From Holophagales bacterium UBA5704 (lineage in GTDB: Bacteria; Acidobacteriota; Thermoanaerobaculia; Multivoradales; UBA5704), in contig DIHE01000147.1 in NCBI GenBank assembly GCA_002420005.1, positions 36,006 through 100,005 on the forward strand: a DNA stretch of 64,000 nt, written 5' to 3'. How positions within the stretch are numbered: the stretch's first letter is position 1; each line of letters opens with the position of its first letter. A model generated the notes under the pieces. It was not told where the DNA came from. It ran no database searches and saw only the letters and a program-made list of their open reading frames with translations. The position numbers and the translations under genes are program-made. Shown here piece by piece: positions 16,989-25,278 of the stretch.

Positions 16989-18292
16989 GCGAGCCGCCCG
17001 TCCTCGCCTACCACCGGCGGAGCAAGAACCGTCCGGGCCGCCCCGCCGCGGCACCCCGGAGGCTCGACCGCTCCATCGAGCCGGTCCCCTTCCGGCGCTA
17101 CCGCGGTGCCGCCCTGCTCCCCCTGCCGGAGATCCCGCCGGTGGACGGCCCGGCCTGGGGGGAGCTGTTCATCCCCGGCGCCGTCGCCCCTGCACCGCTC
17201 GACCGGGAGGCCGTGGCCCGCCTGTTCTTCGACTCCCTGGCGATCTCCGCCTGGCGCGAGGAGGCCGGCGCCCGCTTCTCGTTCCGGGTGAACCCCTCCG
17301 CCGGCAACCTCCATCCGACCGAGGCCTATCTCCTCGCCGGCCCCCTGCCCGGGCTGCACGACCGGGCCGCCCTCTACCACTACTCACCGTTCGACCACGC
17401 CCTGGAGATCCGCGCCGATCTGCCGGACGGCGGCGTGCCGCCCGGCACCCTCCTTCTCGGATTCACCTCGATCCTCTGGCGCACCGCCTGGAAATACGGC
17501 GAGCGCGCCTTCCGCCTCGCCCGGCTCGACGCGGGGCATGCCCTCGCCGCGGTCACCTGGGCCGCCGCGGCCCTGGGCTGGGAAGCGCGGCAGGTGGAGA
17601 TCGGCGACGCGGCGCTGGCGCGCCTGCTGGGTGTCGCCGCGCAGGAAGGGCCGGAACGCGAGGAACCGGTGGCCCTGCTCGCCCTCGGAGCCCCGCCCGA
17701 CGCCCGGCCCGGGGCGCCGGGGGACGGCGGCCGTCCGAACCGGATCAGCCCCGGCCACCGGAGCTGGCCGGCGCTCGACGCCGTCACCGCGGCCACCCGC
17801 CACCCGGGTGCGGAGCGGCAGGCCGCACCGGGTGCGGAGACGGCGCGCGCCGTCCTGCGCGGCCGGCGAAGCCCGGCGGCGTTCGCGGGCGCCTTGGGAG
17901 CGGAGGAAATTTCCCGGGTTTTTGCCGGTGGACTTTCTCGCCCGTTCGTGCAGCGGCCCCTGCTGCGGGTCGAACGTCTGCTCCCGGGCGACGGCGTGGA
18001 CCTTCGCCGCCTGGCCGGCCACCAGAGCTTCGCGGCCGGCGCCTCCTGCCTCGCGGTGCTGCTGGGTGACCTGGAGCCGGCGCTCGCCCCCGGCGGCGCC
18101 TGGCTCTACCGCCGGCTGCATGAGGAGGCCGGAGCGATCGGGCACGCGCTCTCCCTGGAGGCGGCGGCGCAGGGCCTGGGAGCGCGGGGCATCGGCGGAT
18201 TTCTCGACGACGAGGTTCTGGCCGCTCTCGGGTTGCCGGCGGAGGGCCGGTGGCAGGCCCTGTATCTGTTGGCGGTGGGGCGGCCGGCGTGA
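16985..18292 (+). CDS. SagB-type (McbC-like) FMN-dependent dehydrogenase, nitroreductase superfamily
   Basis: FSFRVNPSAGNLHPTEAYL signature of SagB/ThcOx dehydrogenases; two nitroreductase-like halves. Confidence 0.8.
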   Translation: MSEPPVLAYHRRSKNRPGRPAAAPRRLDRSIEPVPFRRYRGAALLPLPEIPPVDGPAWGELFIPGAVAPAPLDREAVARLFFDSLAISAWREEAGARFSFRVNPSAGNLHPTEAYLLAGPLPGLHDRAALYHYSPFDHALEIRADLPDGGVPPGTLLLGFTSILWRTAWKYGERAFRLARLDAGHALAAVTWAAAALGWEARQVEIGDAALARLLGVAAQEGPEREEPVALLALGAPPDARPGAPGDGGRPNRISPGHRSWPALDAVTAATRHPGAERQAAPGAETARAVLRGRRSPAAFAGALGAEEISRVFAGGLSRPFVQRPLLRVERLLPGDGVDLRRLAGHQSFAAGASCLAVLLGDLEPALAPGGAWLYRRLHEEAGAIGHALSLEAAAQGLGARGIGGFLDDEVLAALGLPAEGRWQALYLLAVGRPA

Positions 18293-19602
18293 AGGCCTTC
18301 GGTCGCCTCGTCGATCCCCGGCTGGGCCTCCTGCGCCGCCTCGCCCTGGAGCCGCTGCCGCCGCACCTCCCCCCCGGCCTCTGCCAGGCCCGCGCCGAGA
18401 TCGCCGACAGCCGCGCCTTCTCCCCCTGGACGAGCGACGCCGCCGCGGCCGGGCTCGCCTGGTGGAACGCGGAGGCGGCCCGCGCCGCGGCGGTTGGTGA
18501 GGCGGTCGAGCGCTATTGCGGCAACGTCGTGCCCACCGGGCTGCGGCGCGCTTCCTACGCCGAGCTCGCCGCCGGTGGTGGGGCGGCCCTCGATCCGGCG
18601 GATCTCGCCCTCTATGCCCCGGAGCAGTATCGCCGGCGCGGTTTCCCCTTTGTGCCGTTCACCCGCGACCTGCAGGTGCTGTGGACCACGGGCTTCGATC
18701 TGGCCACCGGGGACTCCGTGGCCGTCCCGGCCTCCTGGGTGTGGACCTCGTGGAGCACCGGGCCGGCGGCCGGCGAGCCGAAGACCCACGGCACGATCTA
18801 CGCAGGCATCGCGGCCGGCCCGTCCCGGGAGGAGGCCGAGCGCAGCGCTCTCGCGGAGCTCGTGGAACGCGATGCGGTCCACCTCGCCTGGACGGCCGGC
18901 GTCCCCCTCCCCCGGCTCACGCCACCGGCCTGGATGGAGCCCTTGCTCACCGCTGCGCGCGGGGCGGTCACCGCCGAGCTGTACCTCTTCCCCAACGCCT
19001 TCGGCCTGCCGGTCGTCGGCGCCCTCCTGCGCGACCGGGAGGCCGGCGTGGTGACCCTGGGCCAGGCCTGCCGCACCACACCCGTCGACGCGGCCCTCAA
19101 AGCGGTGGCCGAGGCCGCCCAGCTCAACCTGGTCGCCCGCGCCCTGGCCGACCCGCAAACCGGCCTCGCCGACCGCCTCGCCGCCGTCCCCGGCGCCGCG
19201 CTCCATCCCTGGCGGGCCGACCGCGGCTACGCCGCGCTCTACGGTCCCCTCTGGCGCGGCGCCCGCGATCTCCTGTGCCATCTCCAGCTCCATCTCGATC
19301 CGGCTCTGCACAAGCCCCTCGCCGATCGGCTCGCCACCGGAGGCACCCGGCCCCTGGCCGACCTCCCCGCCGCCGGCCCCGAAACCCGGGAGACCTACCT
19401 GACGCGCCTGCACGCCCGCGGCTTCCGCGCCGTCTCGGTCGACGTCACCACCTCCGACGTCGCCCCGACGGGCCTGCGCGTCGTCCGGGTCGTGGTCCCC
19501 GGGCTCTACGCCAATGCCCCCGCCGCCTTCCCCTATCTGGGAGGACGGCGGCTGGCGGAGGCGGGCGGGGTGCGCTGCACCCTGCCGCCTCCCTATGCGT
19601 GA
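18289..19602 (+). CDS. Second YcaO-domain protein, paralogue of 15624-16988
   Basis: GEAVERYCGN / LAELVERDA motifs; C-terminal block VSVDVTTSDVAPTGLRVVRVVVPGLYANAPAAFPYLGGRRL nearly identical to first YcaO; GTG 18289 overlaps SagB stop; ends LPPPYA. Confidence 0.85.
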   Translation: MKAFGRLVDPRLGLLRRLALEPLPPHLPPGLCQARAEIADSRAFSPWTSDAAAAGLAWWNAEAARAAAVGEAVERYCGNVVPTGLRRASYAELAAGGGAALDPADLALYAPEQYRRRGFPFVPFTRDLQVLWTTGFDLATGDSVAVPASWVWTSWSTGPAAGEPKTHGTIYAGIAAGPSREEAERSALAELVERDAVHLAWTAGVPLPRLTPPAWMEPLLTAARGAVTAELYLFPNAFGLPVVGALLRDREAGVVTLGQACRTTPVDAALKAVAEAAQLNLVARALADPQTGLADRLAAVPGAALHPWRADRGYAALYGPLWRGARDLLCHLQLHLDPALHKPLADRLATGGTRPLADLPAAGPETRETYLTRLHARGFRAVSVDVTTSDVAPTGLRVVRVVVPGLYANAPAAFPYLGGRRLAEAGGVRCTLPPPYA

Positions 19603-19676
19603 GGTGGACCACGCTAGAGCAGGAGCGCCGCGGGGTCGCTTGCGTGCCGTAGGTGCGTGAGTGCGATGACTCAGCT

Positions 19677-19706
19677 GCGGGAGCTTACTGTATAATAGGG
19701 GAGAAT
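19677..19706 (+). promoter_or_regulatory. Putative sigma70-type promoter (TGACTC-N18-TATAAT) for island genes
   Basis: Perfect TATAAT at 19701-19706 in locally AT-rich DNA, 150 nt upstream of lipoprotein ATG. Confidence 0.35.
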
Positions 19707-19857
19707 GAAATCGCTCCTGAAGGGCACCCTACCAACTCCCAAGCTCTCGGAGGGGCGTTCTGATACAGGAGTGTAGCCAGAGCCTTCTTCTCGCCGCAAA
19801 TAGAACTCGGCGAAGCCTGGGCAATGCTGGGCGTCGCCACCATGAGGGAGAAACGCT

Positions 19858-20277
19858 ATGCGTAAATCGTTGGCACTGATCCCCATCCTGGCCATCCTGG
19901 AAGCACTCAGCTCGTGCGCAAGTGCAAACTTCACGCCTGCTCAACAGGCTTGGATGGCCAAGAGAGACCAGCAGCCGCTGAGCTTCGTCGTCCCCGCCGC
20001 CGAGGCCAATGCCGCTTGGGCGCGAGCACAAGAGTGGATTGCACGGTTCGGCCAACTGCCGATTCTCACTACCAACGAGAGTGTAATCCAAACACAGCAA
20101 CCCGAGTATCCCGCTGCTGAGGTAGGAATGAAAGCCGTTCGGAGTCAGCTTCCGAACGGGGACTATCAGTTTTATGTCGACGCACTGAGTGCCAACGTCT
20201 TCTCGCGACCTCAGATGATGCGAATGGCTCAAGCCTGTGCCTATTACATTGCGAGCGGAATTCCCTATCCCGAATGA
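19858..20277 (+). CDS. Small lipoprotein of unknown function (lipobox ALSSC)
   Basis: Signal peptide MRKSLALIPILAILEALSSC; GAGGGAG RBS; lower-GC codon usage than flanks. Confidence 0.55.
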   Translation: MRKSLALIPILAILEALSSCASANFTPAQQAWMAKRDQQPLSFVVPAAEANAAWARAQEWIARFGQLPILTTNESVIQTQQPEYPAAEVGMKAVRSQLPNGDYQFYVDALSANVFSRPQMMRMAQACAYYIASGIPYPE

Positions 20278-20389
20278 CCCCGCTGAGCCTGGCAAGGGCG
20301 GTGCCCCCCATTCATCACAGGCGCGAGGTTCGCCCCTCCGGGAAGACTTCTCGCGGAGAACGGTCGCTCACACTCAAGGGGTTCTTGGA

Positions 20390-21205
20390 ATGAAGACGCA
20401 CCTTGGAATTCTACTCGGCCTTGCGTACATTGCTGGATTTCTTTCTGTTCAGGTTCACCTGCTCCGCTTTGGTATCCTGGAGATTTCTGCCCTTCAGGCC
20501 TACTACATTCTCGTGGGTTTCTGGTTCCTTCTGTGCATAGCGCCCGCACTGGCGACCATCCTCGCCTTGGAGTACGCGCTTTCGCCTTCGGACTCGCGGC
20601 GAGTCAGGGTCCTTGTCGTGCTCACCGGAGGTACAATTGCCGCAGCCGCAATCGCGGGAGGAAGCCGATTCGCTGCTCATCAGATGATTCTTAACTTCAA
20701 CGCCTATCCATACCCTTCTTGGTATGCAGTTGCAAACCTCGCAAATATGAATTTTTCCCTGGTTTTAGTCTGGGTTCTATCATTCGCCTACTCCAGGTTT
20801 ACGGGCTCCAAGAGAACAGCACGAAAGATTGGAGCCGCAGCCGGGGCGATCGCCTTATCTAGTGCAATTATATTCTTTGGTCGCACCATCTATCCTGCAT
20901 TGGATCATGGCGTGGGTGGAGGGGCGCCGCAGTTCGTCGAAATCATGGAAGACAACGGCCACCGCCGCATCGCGATGCAGATCCACGCTGGCGAAAATTA
21001 TCTCTACCTTCTAGAGCTTACGGCACTACCGGCGAAATTCGAGAGTCGCTTAGCCATAACGCAGTTCACAACAGATTCAGGTGGCCCCGTCTTCCGCGCC
21101 CTCGCCGACAACCAGATTCTTAAACTGAGAAACAGTCGCATAGATATTGTTAGAATCTTCGGACTCAGTCAGAGAGGAACCATTGGTAGCTACCTCGGCA
21201 AGTGA
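20390..21205 (+). CDS. Polytopic inner-membrane protein of unknown function
   Basis: Start MKTHLGILLGLAYIAGFLSV; at least 6 hydrophobic segments; located in lower-GC island. Confidence 0.5.
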   Translation: MKTHLGILLGLAYIAGFLSVQVHLLRFGILEISALQAYYILVGFWFLLCIAPALATILALEYALSPSDSRRVRVLVVLTGGTIAAAAIAGGSRFAAHQMILNFNAYPYPSWYAVANLANMNFSLVLVWVLSFAYSRFTGSKRTARKIGAAAGAIALSSAIIFFGRTIYPALDHGVGGGAPQFVEIMEDNGHRRIAMQIHAGENYLYLLELTALPAKFESRLAITQFTTDSGGPVFRALADNQILKLRNSRIDIVRIFGLSQRGTIGSYLGK

Positions 21206-21550
21206 AACACTTACCCTACCTCAGGCACGCCACCGAGCGGAGAGCCCCGCGTTGTTCTCCAGCTGGCGCCGTGAATAGGAATGGTCCGAGGGATCGGTAG
21301 ATCGGCCCAAGCGAGAGAAGATCGGCGAGACCGCCTGGCGGGTGGATAATCCGGACCTTGGACCGTAGGGTCCTGCCTTGCGTTCCAGCGACTCCCGCCC
21401 ACATGTGCCTGCCGGACCTTGATCTGAGTGAGGCTCGCCACCCAAGGACCGGGAGCCTCCGCCCGCGGGCGGGGTACCCCCGCATCTCGGGTATTGGCGC
21501 TATACTTCCGTGCGTCCAGCCCTTCTTGCGGGCTGGCAGAGGAGTTTTGA

Positions 21551-21790
21551 ATGTACGCTGTCTACACGCTCCGTGCCGAAGAGCTCGACCTGCGCTTTCT
21601 CGAGACACTCAAGAGTCAGTTCCGTGATCGTGAAATCGAGATCGCGATCTGTGAGGTCGCAGGGCGGGCCGAGGATGAGACCGCCTACCTCCTCCGCTCC
21701 CCCGCCAATCGGGAGCGCCTCCTGGACGCCATCGAGAACGTGAGCCAAGGCAGGGAGATCGTGACCCTCGACCCCGCCGAGCTTCGATGA
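21551..21790 (+). CDS. yefM: YefM/Phd-family antitoxin
   Basis: C-terminal [25 protein letters not shown] closely matches E. coli YefM [31 protein letters not shown] RBS. Confidence 0.85.
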   Translation: [79 protein letters not shown]

Positions 21791-22044
21791 AGAAGATCGC
21801 TTTCGAGCGGCGCGCCTTCGAGGACTTCACCGACTGGGCAACTACCGATCGGCAGACCCACAAACGCATCGTCGCCCTCATCGCCGACATTCTGCGAGAG
21901 CCTTTTTCGGGCCTGGGAAAGCCTGAGCCCTTGCGCCATGAGATGCAGGGGTACTGGTCCCGCCGGATCGACCAGGAGCATCGACTGGTCTACAGAGTGG
22001 ATCCGGACGCGGTGACCATCATCGCCTGCAAGTACCACTACTGA
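21787..22044 (+). CDS. yoeB: YoeB/Txe-family mRNA interferase toxin (RelE superfamily)
   Basis: PFSGLGKPEPLRHEMQGYWSRRIDQEHRLVYRVD...IIACKYHY matches YoeB catalytic C-terminus (RYHY); ATGA overlap with yefM. Confidence 0.88.
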   Translation: MKKIAFERRAFEDFTDWATTDRQTHKRIVALIADILREPFSGLGKPEPLRHEMQGYWSRRIDQEHRLVYRVDPDAVTIIACKYHY

Positions 22045-22080
22045 CTCCTCGAACGGCGGACGGCGCCCGGGGCCGGTGCC

Positions 22081-22827
22081 TCAGTGCCGGACGCAGAACC
22101 GCTCCCCGCCCGGGGTGCGCACCACGCTGAGCACGCCCCGGCGGCGGAGCTGGCTGAGCAGGCGGGTGACGGTGGCCCGGGTGCCTCCGACCGCCGAGGC
22201 GATCTGCGCGTGGGTCAGCCGGACGTCGAGCAGCAGGCCGCGGGGATGCGGCCGGCCGAAGGGCTCGGCGAGCAGATGGAGGATGCCCAGCACCCGCTGC
22301 TCCATGTGCGGCCGGGCCTGCATGGAGGCCCAGGCCTCCATCTGCCGCAGCCGGTACCGCAGCCGCTCGGCCAGCTCGGGCTGACGGATCGCCTCGACCC
22401 AGGTGTGGGTGCGGACCTCGACCTCGGTGTGGGCGGTCAGCTCGAGGGCGCAGCCATGGGCCGGATGCCCCGGCAGAAGCCGGCCGGGGCCGAACAGGCC
22501 CAGCAGGACCTCCGCGCCGTCCGCATGCAGCGCGGTAAGCGCCACCACCCCCTCCTTCACTTCGAGAACCGCGTCGTCCGGCAACGAGATGAGCTGCCCC
22601 TGGCGATAGCGGTGCCGGCGGTGGGCCGCCGGGGCCGGAGCGGGGGGCGGCGGGGCCGGCGCCACGGCCGGGCCGGCGGCCATCGACGACAGCACGCTGC
22701 GCACCGTGCGTTCCATCTGATCCGGCGGCAGGTCGTCCGACACGAGGGTGATGCAGCACTCGCCGCCGAGCAGGCCGGCGAGATCGGTGGCGCGTTCTTT
22801 CGGGCCGAGAAACACCAGATGATGCAT
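22081..22827 (-). CDS. Crp/Fnr-family transcriptional regulator with ~60-aa N-terminal extension
   Basis: cNMP-binding beta-roll region followed by HTH THAQIASAVGGTRATVTRLLSQLRRRGVL; GAGGAG RBS. Confidence 0.75.
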   Translation of the reverse strand: MHHLVFLGPKERATDLAGLLGGECCITLVSDDLPPDQMERTVRSVLSSMAAGPAVAPAPPPPAPAPAAHRRHRYRQGQLISLPDDAVLEVKEGVVALTALHADGAEVLLGLFGPGRLLPGHPAHGCALELTAHTEVEVRTHTWVEAIRQPELAERLRYRLRQMEAWASMQARPHMEQRVLGILHLLAEPFGRPHPRGLLLDVRLTHAQIASAVGGTRATVTRLLSQLRRRGVLSVVRTPGGERFCVRH

Positions 22828-22839
22828 GACGACATCTCC

Positions 22840-25278
22840 TCACTCGTTGCGCAGGGCGACCTGGGGGTCCACCCGCATCGCCCGTCGCGCCGGCACCCAG
22901 CCGGCGACGAGAGCCACCGCGGCCAGCAGGCACGCCACCGCGGCGAAGGTCCATGGATCGACCGGCTGCACGCCGTAGAGCAGCCCCGCCAGGGTCCGGG
23001 AGAGCAACAACGCTCCCAGCCCACCGGCCACCAGGCCCACACCGGTGAGCCGCAGGGCCTCGCCCAGCACCTCGCGCCGGACCTCCCCCGGCGCCGCGCC
23101 GAGGGCCATGCGGACACCGATCTCCCGCGTCCTCCGCCCCACCGAGAAGGCCAGGACGCCGTAGAGGCCGGTCGCCGCCAGAGCCAGGGCGAGAAGGGCG
23201 AAGCCGCCAAACAGAAGGCCCGCGAGACGCTGCCGCCAGACCGTGTCCAGCACCCGCCGGCGCAGGGTGCGGAAGTCGTCGACCGGCTGGTCGGGATCGA
23301 CCGCGGCCACGGCGCGGCGCACCGGCTCGATCAGCGCCTCCGGCCTCCCCGCGCCCGGACGCAGGCGCACCGCCACGTGAAACCAGCCGTCCGGCACCTG
23401 CCGCGCCGAGAGGTACACGGCGTACCCCGGCGGCTGCAGCAGATCGTCGTGGCGCACGTCGCCCGCGATCCCGACCACCGTCAGCCAGGGCGACTCCTCC
23501 ACCCGGCCGTCGATCCGGCGCAGCCGGCGGCCCAGAGCGGAGCCGTCCGGCCAGAGGAGGCGGGCCAGCCGGTGACCGATCACGGCGGTGCGCGGCGCCC
23601 CCTCGCGGTCCTCCTCGCCGAGCGGACGCCCGCTCTCCAGAGGGATGCGCAGCGTGGCGAAGTAGCCCGGGGTGACGGTCTGGAAATGCACATAGGGGTT
23701 GCGGGTCCCGGCCTCCGCAGGCTGCCCTTCGGCCAGAACCAGCCCGCGGTCGGGCCGGTCGGCGCCGGCCAGGGGGAGGTTGGTGTTGAGCGCCGCCGAG
23801 GCGACTCCGGGAAGCGCTTCGACCTTCGCCAGCAGGTCACGCTGGAAGGGGACGATCCGCTCCTCCGGGTAGGTCCAGGGCAACGCCAGGCGGAAGGTGA
23901 GCACGCCGTCGGGATCGAAGCCCGCCGGCACCTGCCAGATCGCCACAAAGGTCCGCGTCAGGAGGCCGGCTCCCACCAGAAGCATCAAGGAGAGCGCCAC
24001 CTCGACGACGACCAGGGCGGCGCGCAGCCGGCGGTGCTCCACGCCGCCGACGGCCCCCTTGGCCGTACCCGCCTGGAGGGCGGCCAGCAGCCGCCCGGAG
24101 CCGGCGCGGACGGCCGGGAGAAGCCCGGCTCCGAGACCCACCAGAAACGCCACCAGGAAGGTGAACGCCACCACCCGACCATCCAGGCGGGCCTCCATCC
24201 AGAGAGGAAGGTCGAGGCGCACGGCCGCGGCGATCCCGCGCAAGCACCCGAAGGCGACCAGGAGGCCCAAGGCGCCGCCGAGGAACGAGAGCAACAGGCT
24301 CTCCGCCAGGAGCTGCCGGAGCACCGCGCCCCGCCCTGCGCCGAGCGCAAAGCGCAGCGCGATCTCCCGCTCCCGCTCCAGAGCCCGGGCCAGCAGGAGG
24401 TTCGCCACGTTGACGCAGGCGATCAGCAGAACCAGCAGAACCGCCCCGGCGATCAGCAGCAGATACGGCCGGATCGGCCCGACAGAGCTCTCGCGCAGAG
24501 AGAGGAGCCGCAGCTCCACCCCGCCATTGGTGGCCGGCTCGGTGCGCTGCAACGTCTTGCCCAGCGCCGCCACGGCGGCGGCGGCCTGCTCCAGCGAGAC
24601 GCCGGGGCGCAACCGCGCCAACACCACCACCCGGCGCACCGAGCGGTCCTCCAGGTTGGGGAAGAACCGGCTGATGTAGAGCGAGCGGTAGAGGTCGGTC
24701 TGCGCCGGCAGCTCGATGCCCTCGGGAAGGACGCCGAACACGGTATAGGACGGGCGCTGTGCCGGCGAGGCGTCGAGGGTCACCGTACGCCCCACCACTG
24801 CGGGATCGCCGCCGAGCTTCCGCTTCCAGACACGATGGCTGAGCACGATGCCGAAGTTGCGGGAGCGGTCGAACTCCTCCGGCCAGGGGCCGCCGTGGAG
24901 AAACGAGACGCCGAGCACCCGGAAGAGGTTCTGGCTCGCCACGATGGCCGGGAGCTTCTCGGGATCGCCCGCGCCGGAGAGCGTATAGGCCGAGTCGGGA
25001 ACGTAGGCCGCCACCTCGGTGAACACGGAGGTCCGCTCGCGCAGGTCGAGCACCTCGCGCATCGCGAGCGGCCCGCGCTCGCCACCGCGCACCGTCTCCA
25101 GCCGCACCAGCCGGTCGGGGTCGCGAAAGGGCGGAGGCTGAAGCAGGACGGCGTCGATCACACTGAACACGGCGGCGTTCGCGCCGATCCCCAGGCCGAG
25201 CGTGACGAGGATCAAGGCGGTGACCGCCGGCCGCCGGGCCAGGGATCGCCAGGCGGCCCGCAGCAGCGGCGGGGTCAT
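22840..25278 (-). CDS. ABC transporter permease, FtsX/MacB-like, duplicated FtsX (4+4 TM) with large periplasmic domains
   Basis: 813 aa; two MacB_PCD/FtsX modules (LLARALEREREIALRFALGA..., VGRRTREIGVRMALGAAPG...); ATG 25278 overlaps upstream ATPase stop. Confidence 0.8.
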   Translation of the reverse strand: MTPPLLRAAWRSLARRPAVTALILVTLGLGIGANAAVFSVIDAVLLQPPPFRDPDRLVRLETVRGGERGPLAMREVLDLRERTSVFTEVAAYVPDSAYTLSGAGDPEKLPAIVASQNLFRVLGVSFLHGGPWPEEFDRSRNFGIVLSHRVWKRKLGGDPAVVGRTVTLDASPAQRPSYTVFGVLPEGIELPAQTDLYRSLYISRFFPNLEDRSVRRVVVLARLRPGVSLEQAAAAVAALGKTLQRTEPATNGGVELRLLSLRESSVGPIRPYLLLIAGAVLLVLLIACVNVANLLLARALEREREIALRFALGAGRGAVLRQLLAESLLLSFLGGALGLLVAFGCLRGIAAAVRLDLPLWMEARLDGRVVAFTFLVAFLVGLGAGLLPAVRAGSGRLLAALQAGTAKGAVGGVEHRRLRAALVVVEVALSLMLLVGAGLLTRTFVAIWQVPAGFDPDGVLTFRLALPWTYPEERIVPFQRDLLAKVEALPGVASAALNTNLPLAGADRPDRGLVLAEGQPAEAGTRNPYVHFQTVTPGYFATLRIPLESGRPLGEEDREGAPRTAVIGHRLARLLWPDGSALGRRLRRIDGRVEESPWLTVVGIAGDVRHDDLLQPPGYAVYLSARQVPDGWFHVAVRLRPGAGRPEALIEPVRRAVAAVDPDQPVDDFRTLRRRVLDTVWRQRLAGLLFGGFALLALALAATGLYGVLAFSVGRRTREIGVRMALGAAPGEVRREVLGEALRLTGVGLVAGGLGALLLSRTLAGLLYGVQPVDPWTFAAVACLLAAVALVAGWVPARRAMRVDPQVALRNE

